This document shows positions 39,414-49,810 of a stretch of 64,000 bases of DNA, piece by piece. The notes beneath the pieces are model-generated. The model did no database searches, was not told the origin of the DNA, and saw only the letters and a list, made by a program, of their open reading frames with translations. Numbering within the stretch: the first letter of the stretch is position 1; the number at the start of each line of letters is the position of its first letter. Both the position numbers and the translations under genes were made by a program. Source of the DNA: Bacteroidales bacterium. Lineage in GTDB: Bacteria > Bacteroidota > Bacteroidia > Bacteroidales > DTU049. The stretch lies in the NCBI GenBank assembly GCA_012520175.1, contig JAAYOU010000041.1, positions 7,630 to 71,629 of the forward strand. Reading direction: 5' to 3'.

Positions 39414-42400
39414 ATGAGTAATCAAAAAAATATAGATTTAGAAAGTAGAATATCAACATTTGCAAAAAAGTATTATTTTAATATTTTTTTACAGAGGCTT
39501 GCAATATTTGTTTTTGCTGTTTTTATTTTACTTTTAATTTTTTCGTTTGCGGAATATACTTTTTGGTTTGGCACAAATATTAGAGAATATTTATTTTGGA
39601 CATTAATCTCTGTAATTACCATAATATTTATTGCTTTTTTATTACAACCCTTATTTTTGTTATTAGGAATAAAAAAACAATTATCTAAAAAAGATTTTGC
39701 TTTGGTAATTGGAAACCATTTTCCAGAAATAAAAGATAAAATTTTAAATATTATTGAATTAAAAGAAGATAATTTCCCAAGTTCAAGTGCCGAGTTAATA
39801 AACGCTAGTATTTTACAAAAAACAAAGCAAATAAGTTTTTTCAATTTTTCAGAAGCTATAAATAAAACCAAAACAAGAAAATTCTTACCTTTTTTATTTT
39901 TACCAATTATCATTTTGATTTTGATGTCTTTTTTATCGCCGAATATTTTGGTTAAGCCGCTTCATAGAATTTCTGACTATAAAACAGAATATATAAAACC
40001 TGCGCCGTTTGAATTTGTGTTGCAAAACGATAATTTGCAAGCAGCACAAAACTCTAATTTTATAATTTCTGTGAAGATTCAAGGAAGCGAAATCCCCAAT
40101 GAAGCTTTTATTGAAGAACAAGATGGAAAAAAACACAGAATGAGTAAAATAGACAAAAACACATATAAATTTGTTTATAGCAACTTAAAGAAGGATAAAG
40201 TTTTTAATTTTTGGGCAGATGGTTTTAAATCTGAAACACACAAAATATCTGTTTTTAAAATCCCTGCGATTATTAATTATTCTCTAAAAATTAACTATCC
40301 AGAATATACAGGAAAGAAAAACGAAGTTATAAATAATATAAACTCTTTAAATGTTCCACGTGGAACAAAAATAGAATTCTTTGTTCAAATGCGAGATGCA
40401 GATGGCTTAAAAGTTGTAGATAGTTTGGAAAAAACCTCAGTTTTCACAAAAGATAAATATTCTGTTTTTGAAAAAAGGCTTGTAAATAATACTAGTTTCT
40501 ATTTAGTTTCTTATCGCAAAGATGTTAAAATATCCGACAGTTTAGAGTTTATTATAAATGTAATACCAGATGAATATCCAACAATTTCTGTGGAAGAAAA
40601 AATGGATTCTTCTTTATTTATGATAAGGTATTTCAATGGAAAAATTTCTGATGATTATGGATTAACTAAGCTGATGTTTTGTTATAAAATTTTTTCAGGG
40701 GATAAATTAACTATAGATACATCTTTTAATATAAATATAAATAAAGATTATAATTTGCAAGAATTTTATAATGCTTTTGATTTTTCTATTTTTAATATAA
40801 ACCCCGGAGATAAAATAGAATACTTTTTTAAAGTTTATGATAATGACTCTTATAGTGGAAATAAATTTTCTAAAAGTCAAACTTTTACTTTAAATATGCC
40901 AACGGAAAAAGAATTACAAAAAATACTTGAAGAAAAATCAAGTCAAGTTGGGCAGAGTTTGGATAATATGTTTCAAGAAGCTGAAAGTCTGCAAAAAGAA
41001 CTTGAAGACTTTTTTAGAAATAATCCAAGGAATAAAAAATTATCGTGGGAAGACAAAGAAAAGCTAAAAGAATTAATAGATAGAGAAAAAAAACTTGAAG
41101 AAAATATTAAAAAAGCAAGTGAAGAAAACACTGAACGATTGCAATTAAGCGAAAAATCTGCAAACTTTAATGAACAAGTTTATGAAAAACAAATGCAAAT
41201 AAATGAATTACTTGAAAAAATAATGGATGATGAATTTAGGGAATTATTGGATAAAATAAGAGAATTGCTAGAGAAAAATTCTGACAAATTAAATTCGCAT
41301 TTGGAAAAACTTAATCAAAAAAACTCTGAAATACTAAAAGATTTAGACCAAACTATAGAATTACTGAAGCGCTCTAAAATGGAAGAGGATATAAATTTCA
41401 TTTCAAAAGAATTAAAAAATATAAGTGAAGAACAAAATAAGGTTGTGAAAAATGAAAAAAGTGCAGAAAAAATAAATGAGCAAGAAAAAGTAAATAAAAT
41501 GTTTGAGAAACTAAAACAACGAACAGATTCTGCTTTAAAAAATAATGAAACCTTAGAAAGTCCTTTTCCAATTGATTTTTTGAAAAAAGAAATGAATAAA
41601 ATAGATAGTTCCTTAATGAATGCAACTGAACAGTTAAATAAATCAAGAGAAAGCAAGGCGGAAAAGAATCAAAAAGAAGCTGCAGACCAAATGGAAGAAC
41701 TGTCAGAAAAATTAGAAAAAATGATGGAAGAATTGGAAATGGAGCAAAATGTTGAAGATTTGGGTCTTGTTAGGGAAATTTTAAAAAACCTGATAATTGC
41801 TAGTTTTCAACAAGAAGACTTAATGAAAAGCGTTGCTGCTGTTAGAATTACAGACCCAAAATATTTTGAAAACATGAGAAAGCAGAAGCGACTAAACGAA
41901 GGACTTAATATTGTTCAAGATTCGCTTTATGCCTTAGGAAAAAGAAATCCAATGATTAATTTTTATATAAATGATGAGTTGGCACAAATTAATACACATA
42001 AGAAAAATGCTATTAATGCGTTGAATAACAGGTACTTATCTTATTCTTTGCAAGAACAGCAATATGTTATTATGCACGTAAATAATTTAGCTCTTTTATT
42101 GAGTGATGCTTTAAAGCAAATGCAGCAAAAAGAAAATCAGCAAAAGAATGCAGGAAGTTGTAAATCGTCTTGCAAAAATCCAAATAATAAGCCCGGAAAA
42201 GGGAAAGGACAAAAACCAAGTGCAAAAACATTAAGGCAACTCCAAGAGCAATTAAATAAGCAAATGGAATCATTAAAAGAGCAAATAGAAAAAGGACAGA
42301 AATCTGGAAAAGGTAGTTCACAGTGGAGCGAACAGTTTGCGAAAATGGCAGCACAACAAGAAGCTATAAGAAAAGCCATGCAAGAATATCAACAGCAGCT

Positions 42401-42743
42401 TAATAGTGAAGGAGCAAATGGCTCGCAATTAAATAGAGTAATTAGAGATATGGAAAAAACAGAAGAAGATCTTGTGAATAAACGCCTTTCTTCTGAAACA
42501 ATAAATAGGCAAAAACAAATAGAAACAAGATTGTTGGAGTCTGAAAAAGCTGAAATGGAGCGAGAAAAAGACCCAAATAGAGAAAGTGAAGAAGCAAAAT
42601 TTTTAAATAATGGTAACCCAATTAAGTTTTTTAAGTATAATAGCTTAAAGAAAACAAATACTGAAATTTTAAAAACTGTTCCACCAAATTTGACACCATA
42701 TTATAAACAAAAAGTTAATGAATATTTATACAAATCGAAATGA
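39414..42743 (+). CDS. Large membrane-anchored coiled-coil protein (DUF4175-like, tentative)
   Basis: 1109 aa. Several N-terminal TM segments are followed by a beta-rich middle region. A highly charged Glu/Lys/Gln-rich region of about 500 aa follows, then ...RLLESEKAEMEREKD... and a ...YYKQKVNEYLY tail. The position upstream of a small ATP-binding protein, ybeY and mnmG matches my memory of DUF4175 loci. Confidence 0.65.
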   Translation: MSNQKNIDLESRISTFAKKYYFNIFLQRLAIFVFAVFILLLIFSFAEYTFWFGTNIREYLFWTLISVITIIFIAFLLQPLFLLLGIKKQLSKKDFALVIGNHFPEIKDKILNIIELKEDNFPSSSAELINASILQKTKQISFFNFSEAINKTKTRKFLPFLFLPIIILILMSFLSPNILVKPLHRISDYKTEYIKPAPFEFVLQNDNLQAAQNSNFIISVKIQGSEIPNEAFIEEQDGKKHRMSKIDKNTYKFVYSNLKKDKVFNFWADGFKSETHKISVFKIPAIINYSLKINYPEYTGKKNEVINNINSLNVPRGTKIEFFVQMRDADGLKVVDSLEKTSVFTKDKYSVFEKRLVNNTSFYLVSYRKDVKISDSLEFIINVIPDEYPTISVEEKMDSSLFMIRYFNGKISDDYGLTKLMFCYKIFSGDKLTIDTSFNININKDYNLQEFYNAFDFSIFNINPGDKIEYFFKVYDNDSYSGNKFSKSQTFTLNMPTEKELQKILEEKSSQVGQSLDNMFQEAESLQKELEDFFRNNPRNKKLSWEDKEKLKELIDREKKLEENIKKASEENTERLQLSEKSANFNEQVYEKQMQINELLEKIMDDEFRELLDKIRELLEKNSDKLNSHLEKLNQKNSEILKDLDQTIELLKRSKMEEDINFISKELKNISEEQNKVVKNEKSAEKINEQEKVNKMFEKLKQRTDSALKNNETLESPFPIDFLKKEMNKIDSSLMNATEQLNKSRESKAEKNQKEAADQMEELSEKLEKMMEELEMEQNVEDLGLVREILKNLIIASFQQEDLMKSVAAVRITDPKYFENMRKQKRLNEGLNIVQDSLYALGKRNPMINFYINDELAQINTHKKNAINALNNRYLSYSLQEQQYVIMHVNNLALLLSDALKQMQQKENQQKNAGSCKSSCKNPNNKPGKGKGQKPSAKTLRQLQEQLNKQMESLKEQIEKGQKSGKGSSQWSEQFAKMAAQQEAIRKAMQEYQQQLNSEGANGSQLNRVIRDMEKTEEDLVNKRLSSETINRQKQIETRLLESEKAEMEREKDPNRESEEAKFLNNGNPIKFFKYNSLKKTNTEILKTVPPNLTPYYKQKVNEYLYKSK

Positions 42744-43222
42744 GAAAGGATATAGAAAAACTAGTATTAAAAAGTAATATTTCAGAACTTAATAAAATAG
42801 TTAGCTTCGTTGAAAATATAGCAGATAAATATTATTTAAACGATTCGTATTTTGCTAATATAATGGTTGCATTAACAGAGGCGTTTAACAATGCACTAAA
42901 GCATGGTAACAAAAATGATGAATCAAAGAAAATAATTATAGAATTTTATATTTCAAATAGCGAAATGATATTTGATGTTTCTGACGAAGGAAGTGGATTT
43001 GACTTTCAATCTTTTTTGAAAACGAAACATGATTTAAATCAACGAGGAATAGATTTAATCTATCATGTGAGCGATAAAGTTGCTTTTTCAAACAACGGCA
43101 GTAAAATTTCTATTTCTTTTAATATGGCAGCGATAGATTCAGATATAAGCAAAAAGCGAATAGAAGCAATGAATTTAGCAAAAAGTAAAGCATTTTTAAA
43201 AAATGAAAACATTGGGTCTTGA
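42740..43222 (+). CDS. Small GHKL-type ATP-binding protein (RsbW/SpoIIAB-like anti-sigma kinase fold)
   Basis: 160 aa with an N-box-like EAFNNALKHGN and a G1-box-like VSDEGSGFD. The start overlaps the previous stop by ATGA. Confidence 0.7.
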   Translation: MRKDIEKLVLKSNISELNKIVSFVENIADKYYLNDSYFANIMVALTEAFNNALKHGNKNDESKKIIIEFYISNSEMIFDVSDEGSGFDFQSFLKTKHDLNQRGIDLIYHVSDKVAFSNNGSKISISFNMAAIDSDISKKRIEAMNLAKSKAFLKNENIGS

Positions 43223-43646
43223 GTGGAATAATTCTGATAATTTTGCTGAAAATATTGATAAAGAAGTTTTAAAAAAAACATGTAGTCTTATTTGCGAAGA
43301 CTTTAATAACAAGCCCGGAAGAATAATATTTAACATCGTTTCAGATGATGATTTGTGGAAAATGAATGTTAAGTTTTTAAATCATGAAAATTTAACAGAT
43401 GTAATAACTTTTCCCTACAATAAAGGCGAGTTTATCAATGGCGAAGTTTTTATTAGCTATGACAGAGCCGCAGATAATGCAAAAATAAATAAAACAAACA
43501 CTGAAAAAGAAATTATTCGTTATGCTTTTCATGGCGTTTTACATTTGAATGGTTTAGATGACGAAACACAAGAACAAAAACAAATCATTCATGAATTTGA
43601 AGAAAAATACATGAAAAAATATTATGAATTTCAGGAAAAACGATGA
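43203..43646 (+). CDS. ybeY: rRNA maturation endoribonuclease YbeY
   Basis: 147 aa with the motif FHGVLHLNGLDD (HxxxH...D metal site as seen here). It lies directly upstream of mnmG and overlaps it by 4 nt. Confidence 0.85.
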   Translation: MKTLGLEWNNSDNFAENIDKEVLKKTCSLICEDFNNKPGRIIFNIVSDDDLWKMNVKFLNHENLTDVITFPYNKGEFINGEVFISYDRAADNAKINKTNTEKEIIRYAFHGVLHLNGLDDETQEQKQIIHEFEEKYMKKYYEFQEKR

Positions 43647-45511
43647 AAATATTTCAAGATTTTGATATAATTGTAGTTGGAGGAGGTCATGCAGGCTGTG
43701 AAGCGGCGATGTCTGCGGCAAAACTTGGGTCAAAGGTTTTATTAATTACACAGGATTTACTTAGTTTTGCGAAGTTATCATGCAATCCGTCAATTGGAGG
43801 AATAGCAAAAGGACAAATTGTTAGAGAAATTGACGCTCTTGGCGGCTATACAGGCATTGTTGCAGACAAATCAATGATTCAATTTAGAATGCTTAATCGC
43901 TCGAAAGGACCAGCAATGTGGAGCCCGCGGTCGCAAAATGATAGGGTTCTTTTTAGCTTGGAATGGAAAAAAATTCTTGAAAACACAAAAAATTTGTTTT
44001 TGTGGAGAGACGATGTAACAGAGTTATTAGTTGAAAAAGAAACTGTGTGCGGCGTAAAAACAATTTTGGGAATAAGTATTAGTGCCAAAGCCGTAATTAT
44101 TACCGCAGGAACATTTTTAAATGGAAAAATTCATATAGGGAAAACATCTTTTTCTGGAGGTAGAATTGGCGAAAAATCTGCAAGAGGACTTACAGAAAAC
44201 ATAAATAGCTTCGGAATAGAAAGCAAAAAACTAAAAACGGGTACTCCTATGCGTATAGATGGAAAATCAATAGACTTTTCCAAGCTGATAGAGCAACCCG
44301 GCGACGAAAATCCTGGAAAATTTTCTTTTTCTAACACAGAATATTTAAAAAAGCAAAAAAGTTGTTATTTAGCCTATACATCAGAAGATGTACACGATAT
44401 TTTAAGGACAGGATTTGATGAATCGCCAATGTTTTCTGGTATTATTAGTGGCATAGGTCCAAGATATTGCCCGTCAATAGAAGATAAAATTGTAAGATTT
44501 AGCGATAAAAATTTTCATCAATTGTTTGTTGAGCCAGACGGCTGGGATACTAACGAATATTATTTGAACGGATTTAGCTCCTCTTTGCCAATTCAAATTC
44601 AATTTGAAGCGCTAAAAAAAATAGTAGGATTTGAAAATGCAGTGATTTTACAACCGGGCTATGCAATAGAATATGACTATTTTCCACCAACTCAACTATT
44701 TCCAAACTTGATGTCGAAAAAAATTACAAACCTCTTTTTTGCAGGTCAAGTTAATGGCACCACAGGCTACGAAGAAGCTGCAGCACAGGGATTAATGGCG
44801 GGAGTAAACGCTCACTTAAAACTCAAAGAGCAGGAGCCATTTATTTTGAAGCGACACGAGGCTTATATTGGCGTTTTAATTGACGACCTAGTTTCCAAAG
44901 GCGTAGATGAGCCTTATAGAATGTTCACTTCTAGAGCGGAACACAGGCTGCTTTTAAGGCAAGATAACGCAGATATAAGATTGACGGAAATAAGCTATAA
45001 TCTTGGTTTGGCAGATGAAAATAGACTAAAAAATGTTGAAAAAAAACAGGAAACAATAAAAAACATTTCTAAATGGCTGGATAGCAACAGTGTTGAGCCA
45101 AGCACAATTAATAATTTTCTTGAAGAAAACAACAGTAAGCCAATTAGCCAAAAACAAAAATTTTCTCAAATAATTTTACGTCCGGAAGTTTCTTTGCACA
45201 GCTTAATTAAAGAAAAAATCATTCCTAATGAAAGTGTTTATGAAATGGAAGAGTCTTTCATTGATTCGCTTGAAATTGAAATAAAGTATAAAAGCTATAT
45301 TGAGCGGGAAAAAGAATTTGCTCAACGATTAGATAAATTTGAAAACTTAAAACTACCACAATCCTTTGATTATCACACAATTACAAATCTTTCGTGGGAA
45401 GCAAGAGAAAAATTAAATAAAATTCAACCAGCAAATTTAGCACAAGCTTCTCGCATTAGTGGCGTGTCGCCAGCAGATATAGCGGTGATTATTGGAAAAA
45501 TGAAAAAATAA
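43643..45511 (+). CDS. mnmG: tRNA uridine-5-carboxymethylaminomethyl modification enzyme MnmG (GidA)
   Basis: 622 aa with the FAD motif DIIVVGGGHAGCEAA, then GPRYCPSIEDK and FFAGQVNGTTGYEEAAAQG. Confidence 0.95.
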   Translation: MKIFQDFDIIVVGGGHAGCEAAMSAAKLGSKVLLITQDLLSFAKLSCNPSIGGIAKGQIVREIDALGGYTGIVADKSMIQFRMLNRSKGPAMWSPRSQNDRVLFSLEWKKILENTKNLFLWRDDVTELLVEKETVCGVKTILGISISAKAVIITAGTFLNGKIHIGKTSFSGGRIGEKSARGLTENINSFGIESKKLKTGTPMRIDGKSIDFSKLIEQPGDENPGKFSFSNTEYLKKQKSCYLAYTSEDVHDILRTGFDESPMFSGIISGIGPRYCPSIEDKIVRFSDKNFHQLFVEPDGWDTNEYYLNGFSSSLPIQIQFEALKKIVGFENAVILQPGYAIEYDYFPPTQLFPNLMSKKITNLFFAGQVNGTTGYEEAAAQGLMAGVNAHLKLKEQEPFILKRHEAYIGVLIDDLVSKGVDEPYRMFTSRAEHRLLLRQDNADIRLTEISYNLGLADENRLKNVEKKQETIKNISKWLDSNSVEPSTINNFLEENNSKPISQKQKFSQIILRPEVSLHSLIKEKIIPNESVYEMEESFIDSLEIEIKYKSYIEREKEFAQRLDKFENLKLPQSFDYHTITNLSWEAREKLNKIQPANLAQASRISGVSPADIAVIIGKMKK

Positions 45512-45581
45512 AAAAGCGTTTTTTTACTTTTAGTTTTAAAACTTCCGCAGTTTTATTACCTTTGTAAAAAATTTTAAAACA

Positions 45582-47000
45582 ATGAGTACATCACAAACAG
45601 ATTTAAAAATGGACTATAAAGTAAAAGATATATCTCTAGCAGAGTGGGGAAGAAAAGAAATAGAAATTGCAGAAAAAGAAATGCCCGGCTTAATGTCGAT
45701 AAGAAAAAAATATGGTAATGAAAAGCCTTTAAAAGGCGTTCGCATAATGGGCTCTTTGCATATGACAATTCAAACGGCAGTTTTAATAGAAACCCTTAAA
45801 GAACTTGGAGCAAATGTTCGTTGGGCAAGCTGTAATATTTTTTCTACACAAGACCACGCTGCTGCTGCAATAGCTGCTACAGGAACACCTGTTTTTGCAT
45901 GGAAAGGCGAAACTCTCGAAGAATATTGGTGGGCAACATCTCAAGCATTGAACTTTAATGGCAAAGGACCTCAACTAATCGTAGATGACGGTGGCGACGC
46001 AACATTAATGATTCATAAAGGAGTAGAAATTGAAAAAAACCCAAAACTTCTGGATACTCCTGTAAAAACAGCCGATGAAAAAGCATTATTTAAAACTTTG
46101 AAAGAAATATATGTTGAAAACCCAACACGTTGGCAAGACCTTGTTAAAGAATGGAAGGGCGTTTCAGAAGAAACAACAACAGGAGTACATCGTTTATATC
46201 AAATGATGGAAAAGGGAGAATTGCTTGTGCCAGCTATAAATGTAAATGACAGCGTAACAAAATCTAAATTTGACAATTTATATGGTTGTAGAGAATCTTT
46301 GGCTGACGGCATAAAACGAGCTACTGACGTAATGATTGCAGGGAAAGTTGTTGTTGTTTGTGGTTATGGAGATGTTGGTAAAGGTTGTGCTAACTCTATG
46401 CGTTCGTATGGAGCACGCGTTATAACAACAGAAATTGACCCAATTTGTGCATTACAAGCTGCAATGGAAGGTTATGAAATAACAACAATTGAAGAAGCTC
46501 TAAAAGAAGGAAATATTTTTGTTACAACCACAGGAAACCGTGATGTAATAACCATAGAACACATGGCAAAAATGAAAGATGAGGCAATTGTTTGCAATAT
46601 CGGACATTTCGACAATGAAATTCAAGTAGAACAACTTGAAAATTATCCAGGAATAAAGAAAATAAACATAAAACCTCAAGTTGATAAATATATTTTCCCT
46701 GATGGACATTGCATTTATTTGTTAGCAGAAGGAAGATTAGTGAACTTAGGTTGTGCAACAGGACATCCTTCTTTTGTAATGAGTAATTCTTTTACAAACC
46801 AAACGTTAGCACAAATTGAGCTTTGGAAAAATAATTATGAAGTTGGCGTTTACAGATTGCCAAAACATTTAGACGAAGAAGTTGCTAGACTACACCTTGA
46901 CCAACTTGGCGTTAAACTCACAAAACTCACAAAAGAACAAGCAGATTATATTGGCGTGCCTGTAAATGGTCCTTATAAAGCCGATCATTACAGATACTAG
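45582..47000 (+). CDS. ahcY: Adenosylhomocysteinase
   Basis: 472 aa with [34 protein letters not shown], the NAD motif CGYGDVGKG and a C-terminal ...YKADHYRY. A TAccTTTG -7 box lies about 15 nt upstream. Confidence 0.95.
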   Translation: MSTSQTDLKMDYKVKDISLAEWGRKEIEIAEKEMPGLMSIRKKYGNEKPLKGVRIMGSLHMTIQTAVLIETLKELGANVRWASCNIFSTQDHAAAAIAATGTPVFAWKGETLEEYWWATSQALNFNGKGPQLIVDDGGDATLMIHKGVEIEKNPKLLDTPVKTADEKALFKTLKEIYVENPTRWQDLVKEWKGVSEETTTGVHRLYQMMEKGELLVPAINVNDSVTKSKFDNLYGCRESLADGIKRATDVMIAGKVVVVCGYGDVGKGCANSMRSYGARVITTEIDPICALQAAMEGYEITTIEEALKEGNIFVTTTGNRDVITIEHMAKMKDEAIVCNIGHFDNEIQVEQLENYPGIKKINIKPQVDKYIFPDGHCIYLLAEGRLVNLGCATGHPSFVMSNSFTNQTLAQIELWKNNYEVGVYRLPKHLDEEVARLHLDQLGVKLTKLTKEQADYIGVPVNGPYKADHYRY

Positions 47001-47007
47001 TAAAAAA

Positions 47008-47202
47008 CTATTGTAAAAAATTTTTAAGACAAGTTGGACACAAGCAAGTTTTGTATTTTTGCTTGATTAATAAAAGAGTTTTTTCATCTAATTTTATTTT
47101 TGAGCAATCGCATTGCAAAATATTTTCATGATAACATTTAAAAGAGTGTCCACAAGAAGGGCACTTTTTTATTGTATAGCCAAGGGTTTGCTTTTCTGCC
47201 AA
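47008..47202 (-). CDS. Cysteine-rich CWC-type small protein
   Basis: 64 aa with CPSCGHSFKC...CDC...CLCPTC. It lies 12 nt downstream of the S41 peptidase gene on the same strand. Confidence 0.6.
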   Translation of the reverse strand: MAEKQTLGYTIKKCPSCGHSFKCYHENILQCDCSKIKLDEKTLLLIKQKYKTCLCPTCLKNFLQ

Positions 47203-47214
47203 TTTTGAAAAGTT

Positions 47215-48945
47215 TTATTTGTTTTTAATTATTTGAACTGCTTTTTCAAGAGCTTCGTCTCTGCCAAATAAAAAACCACTAAGAGATGGTCTTATTATTT
47301 CGTCAATAGTAACACCTACGCGCTGGGTTTCTTTACCATCAGGATAATAAACTCCTACTCCTGAAAAAGAAGTTGATATACCCCAAGGCAAAATAACATC
47401 GCTAACATTACCATTTGCACCAGAAGTTGTGCTTCCAATAATGGTTGCGGTAGAAGTTGATCCCAACGACATTGCTGTGTATTCTGCTAAATCTTGAGTT
47501 AGTTCGTTAACTAAAATTACTATTTTTCCATTATATGGGTGTTTTATTTTAGGAGCATAAACAGGTTTGGTAAATGTAAACTCTCCAGGATTTTGAATAT
47601 TTGTTTTTGAGAATTTAGCAAAAGCTGTTTTTTGGATATGGATGTATTGGCTCAAAGAAAACACAACAAAATCGCTTGGAACACAACGTAAATCAATAAT
47701 AATTCCAGATGTTGGTCTTAATTCTCTCATCATTTTTGGAACATCTCTGTTTTCAATAGTTCCTAAAAAAATATAACCTATCTCTGATGTTAAAAAACGC
47801 CATGTTGGTTTAATATCGCTTGAAGATATTTCCTTTTTTGTATATAATGAGCTTGGAGGATAGCATGGAACATTGCTTGAAGAAGTTTTATTATTCCTTA
47901 CGAATGTGATATTCAGGCTTCTTTTATTGGTTCTAAGCAAATCTTGGGAAATAACATTCAATTTTGAAAAATCGTTAGAAGCTGGCGAATAATTTTTTAA
48001 CCGTTCAACTTTTTTAAGAGTATTTTCACCCTCTATTCCCATAATAATGTCGCCAATTTGTAAATCGACATTTTTAGCAACCAACGAAGGGTTGATATAT
48101 CCGCTAACAACAGCATAGTTCTCAATAAATGAAATTTTATAATTAGCATAATTTCTACCGTAAAACTCGTTGGAAAAAGCTTCGTTAAAATTCGTTTTTG
48201 CTTGTGTGTCGTTAATTCTTGTAATCATTTCAAGAATTGTTTTTTGCACATCAAAGTCATTTTCCGCGAGAATGATTTTTTCTATGAACTCAGCAGGAAT
48301 GTCTTGCCAATTTTCACCAATAACGTTTTTGTGTGGAAAAAAATATTCGATAATATTGTAATATCTAAAAACAGTTAAAACTCTAATGCCAAAGTCATTA
48401 AATGAAGCATCTTTATATAGTCTTTCATTTTTAAAAACAGGATTTCCAATATTTTCTAAAAAAGAGACATAATAATGTTGTTTTTTTCGTTTAGTGTTTT
48501 TTATGTTTACAAGCAAATTAGAAAGATCGCTGCCAAAAACTGTTGTATCAGAAATCCAATCAAGATTGGGAACGCATTTGGTATTGCTTTTTATTTTTAT
48601 TTTATTTCCTTTTCCGCTAACAGGACCAAGATTATTTATCCAGCTAAACAATGTGTCGTTTCGCTCTTCATTCGTTTTTACAGCTAAATATTTTGGTAAA
48701 AATCTGAAAAGTTCATTGTCCCAATTATATTTTCCAGCAGCAATAGAAGGGTGATAATATTTTACAAATCCCCAAACTTTACATAATAAATCTAGATTTT
48801 TTATTTGTTGTTCATCGCAACTAATCATGTTAATGTCGCTGGATTTTGAAAAAGCAGTATCACTATCTGCTATAAAAACACCTTTTTTTTGTGAATAAGA
48901 AAAAGATGAAATAAAAATGAAGGTAAAAAGCAAAAAATATTTCAT
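47215..48945 (-). CDS. S41-family (tail-specific-protease-like) peptidase, exported
   Basis: 576 aa with a signal peptide. The C-terminal catalytic region has GKIVILVNELTQDLAEYTAM...IIGSTTSGANGN, the pattern of S41 peptidases. Confidence 0.75.
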   Translation of the reverse strand: MKYFLLFTFIFISSFSYSQKKGVFIADSDTAFSKSSDINMISCDEQQIKNLDLLCKVWGFVKYYHPSIAAGKYNWDNELFRFLPKYLAVKTNEERNDTLFSWINNLGPVSGKGNKIKIKSNTKCVPNLDWISDTTVFGSDLSNLLVNIKNTKRKKQHYYVSFLENIGNPVFKNERLYKDASFNDFGIRVLTVFRYYNIIEYFFPHKNVIGENWQDIPAEFIEKIILAENDFDVQKTILEMITRINDTQAKTNFNEAFSNEFYGRNYANYKISFIENYAVVSGYINPSLVAKNVDLQIGDIIMGIEGENTLKKVERLKNYSPASNDFSKLNVISQDLLRTNKRSLNITFVRNNKTSSSNVPCYPPSSLYTKKEISSSDIKPTWRFLTSEIGYIFLGTIENRDVPKMMRELRPTSGIIIDLRCVPSDFVVFSLSQYIHIQKTAFAKFSKTNIQNPGEFTFTKPVYAPKIKHPYNGKIVILVNELTQDLAEYTAMSLGSTSTATIIGSTTSGANGNVSDVILPWGISTSFSGVGVYYPDGKETQRVGVTIDEIIRPSLSGFLFGRDEALEKAVQIIKNK

Positions 48946-49157
48946 AATCGAGAAGAGGTTTTTATAATTAAAAAAGAATCTTTAAAACAAATTTAGACAA
49001 AAATTTTATATTTTCAACAGCAAAATAATATTTTTTAAATATGCTTGTAAATAAGAATGTTATATTTGCTTTTAAGAAAAAATTAAACAGTAAAGCTAAT
49101 TTATCGTATCATTTTCGTATCTTTACGGCTCAAATCGTATCATTGAAAATTTAAGAT

Positions 49158-49344
49158 ATGAAAAATAAAGTATTTAGCTTTAATTTGAATATTGATTGGA
49201 AGCTGATAAACCTAATCAGCGCGATTGACCGTTTCGAATCCAAATTCAACAGTAAAAAGGATTTTATTTGATTTACAAAGAAAAGAGATGATTGAGAAAC
49301 AAGGAAACGGACGCAGTACTGTTTATGTAGCAAAAGGAATGTAA
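49158..49344 (+). pseudogene. Internally deleted remnant of a Fic-family gene
   Basis: ATG at 49158 gives MKNKVFSFNLNIDWKLINLISAIDRFESKFNSKKDFI*, which resembles the N-terminus of Bacteroidota Fic proteins (...IDRFD/E..W). A different frame then ends ...EMIEKQGNGRSTVYVAKGM* (stop at 49342-49344), which resembles the C-terminal winged-helix tail (G.GR.T.Y). The whole Fic core is missing. Confidence 0.5.
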
Positions 49345-49353
49345 GCAAAAGCA

Positions 49354-49420
49354 AATACTTTTATCTGTTTAGCTAGTTTTATATTTACGAATTTCATATC
49401 TTTGTTGTGGGAAAAGTATG
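49354..49420 (+). promoter_or_regulatory. Promoter-like module, copy 1 (duplicated at 51184-51249), upstream of the MNT-HEPN pair
   Basis: AAATACTTTTATCTGTTTAGCTAGTTTTATATTTACGAATTTCATATCTTTGTTGTGG contains a TAtcTTTG -7 box. It is about 85 percent identical by eye to the second copy. Confidence 0.55.
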
Positions 49421-49489
49421 TTATAATCAATCTTAAAAAAACACATTACTTGATAAAAAAAGAAGCAGATAATTGATTATATTTGCGTT

Positions 49490-49810
49490 ATGAGAAATTC
49501 GAATAAAATATTAAATGGGATACTTAGGATAGCAAACTCAAAATATCCTGACTCAGAGATTTATTTATATGGTTCGCAAGCTCGTGGTGATTCAAAAAAA
49601 CTCTCAGATTGGGATTTGTTGATTTTATTAAATCTACAAGACATTCCTTTTGATGTTGAAACAAAGATAATGGATGATTTTTATGATCTGGAATTAGAAA
49701 CCGGAGCAATAATATCTCCTTTAATTTATTCGAAATCTGATTGGAACGAAAGGTATTCTATGACTCCATTATTTGAAAATATAAAAAAGGAAGGGGTTAG
49801 AATAAAATGA
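49490..49810 (+). CDS. Minimal nucleotidyltransferase (MNT / MntA-like antitoxin component)
   Basis: 106 aa with the Pol-beta-type NTase motif YLYGSQARGDSKKLSDWDLLILL (GS...G then DxD). Confidence 0.85.
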   Translation: MRNSNKILNGILRIANSKYPDSEIYLYGSQARGDSKKLSDWDLLILLNLQDIPFDVETKIMDDFYDLELETGAIISPLIYSKSDWNERYSMTPLFENIKKEGVRIK

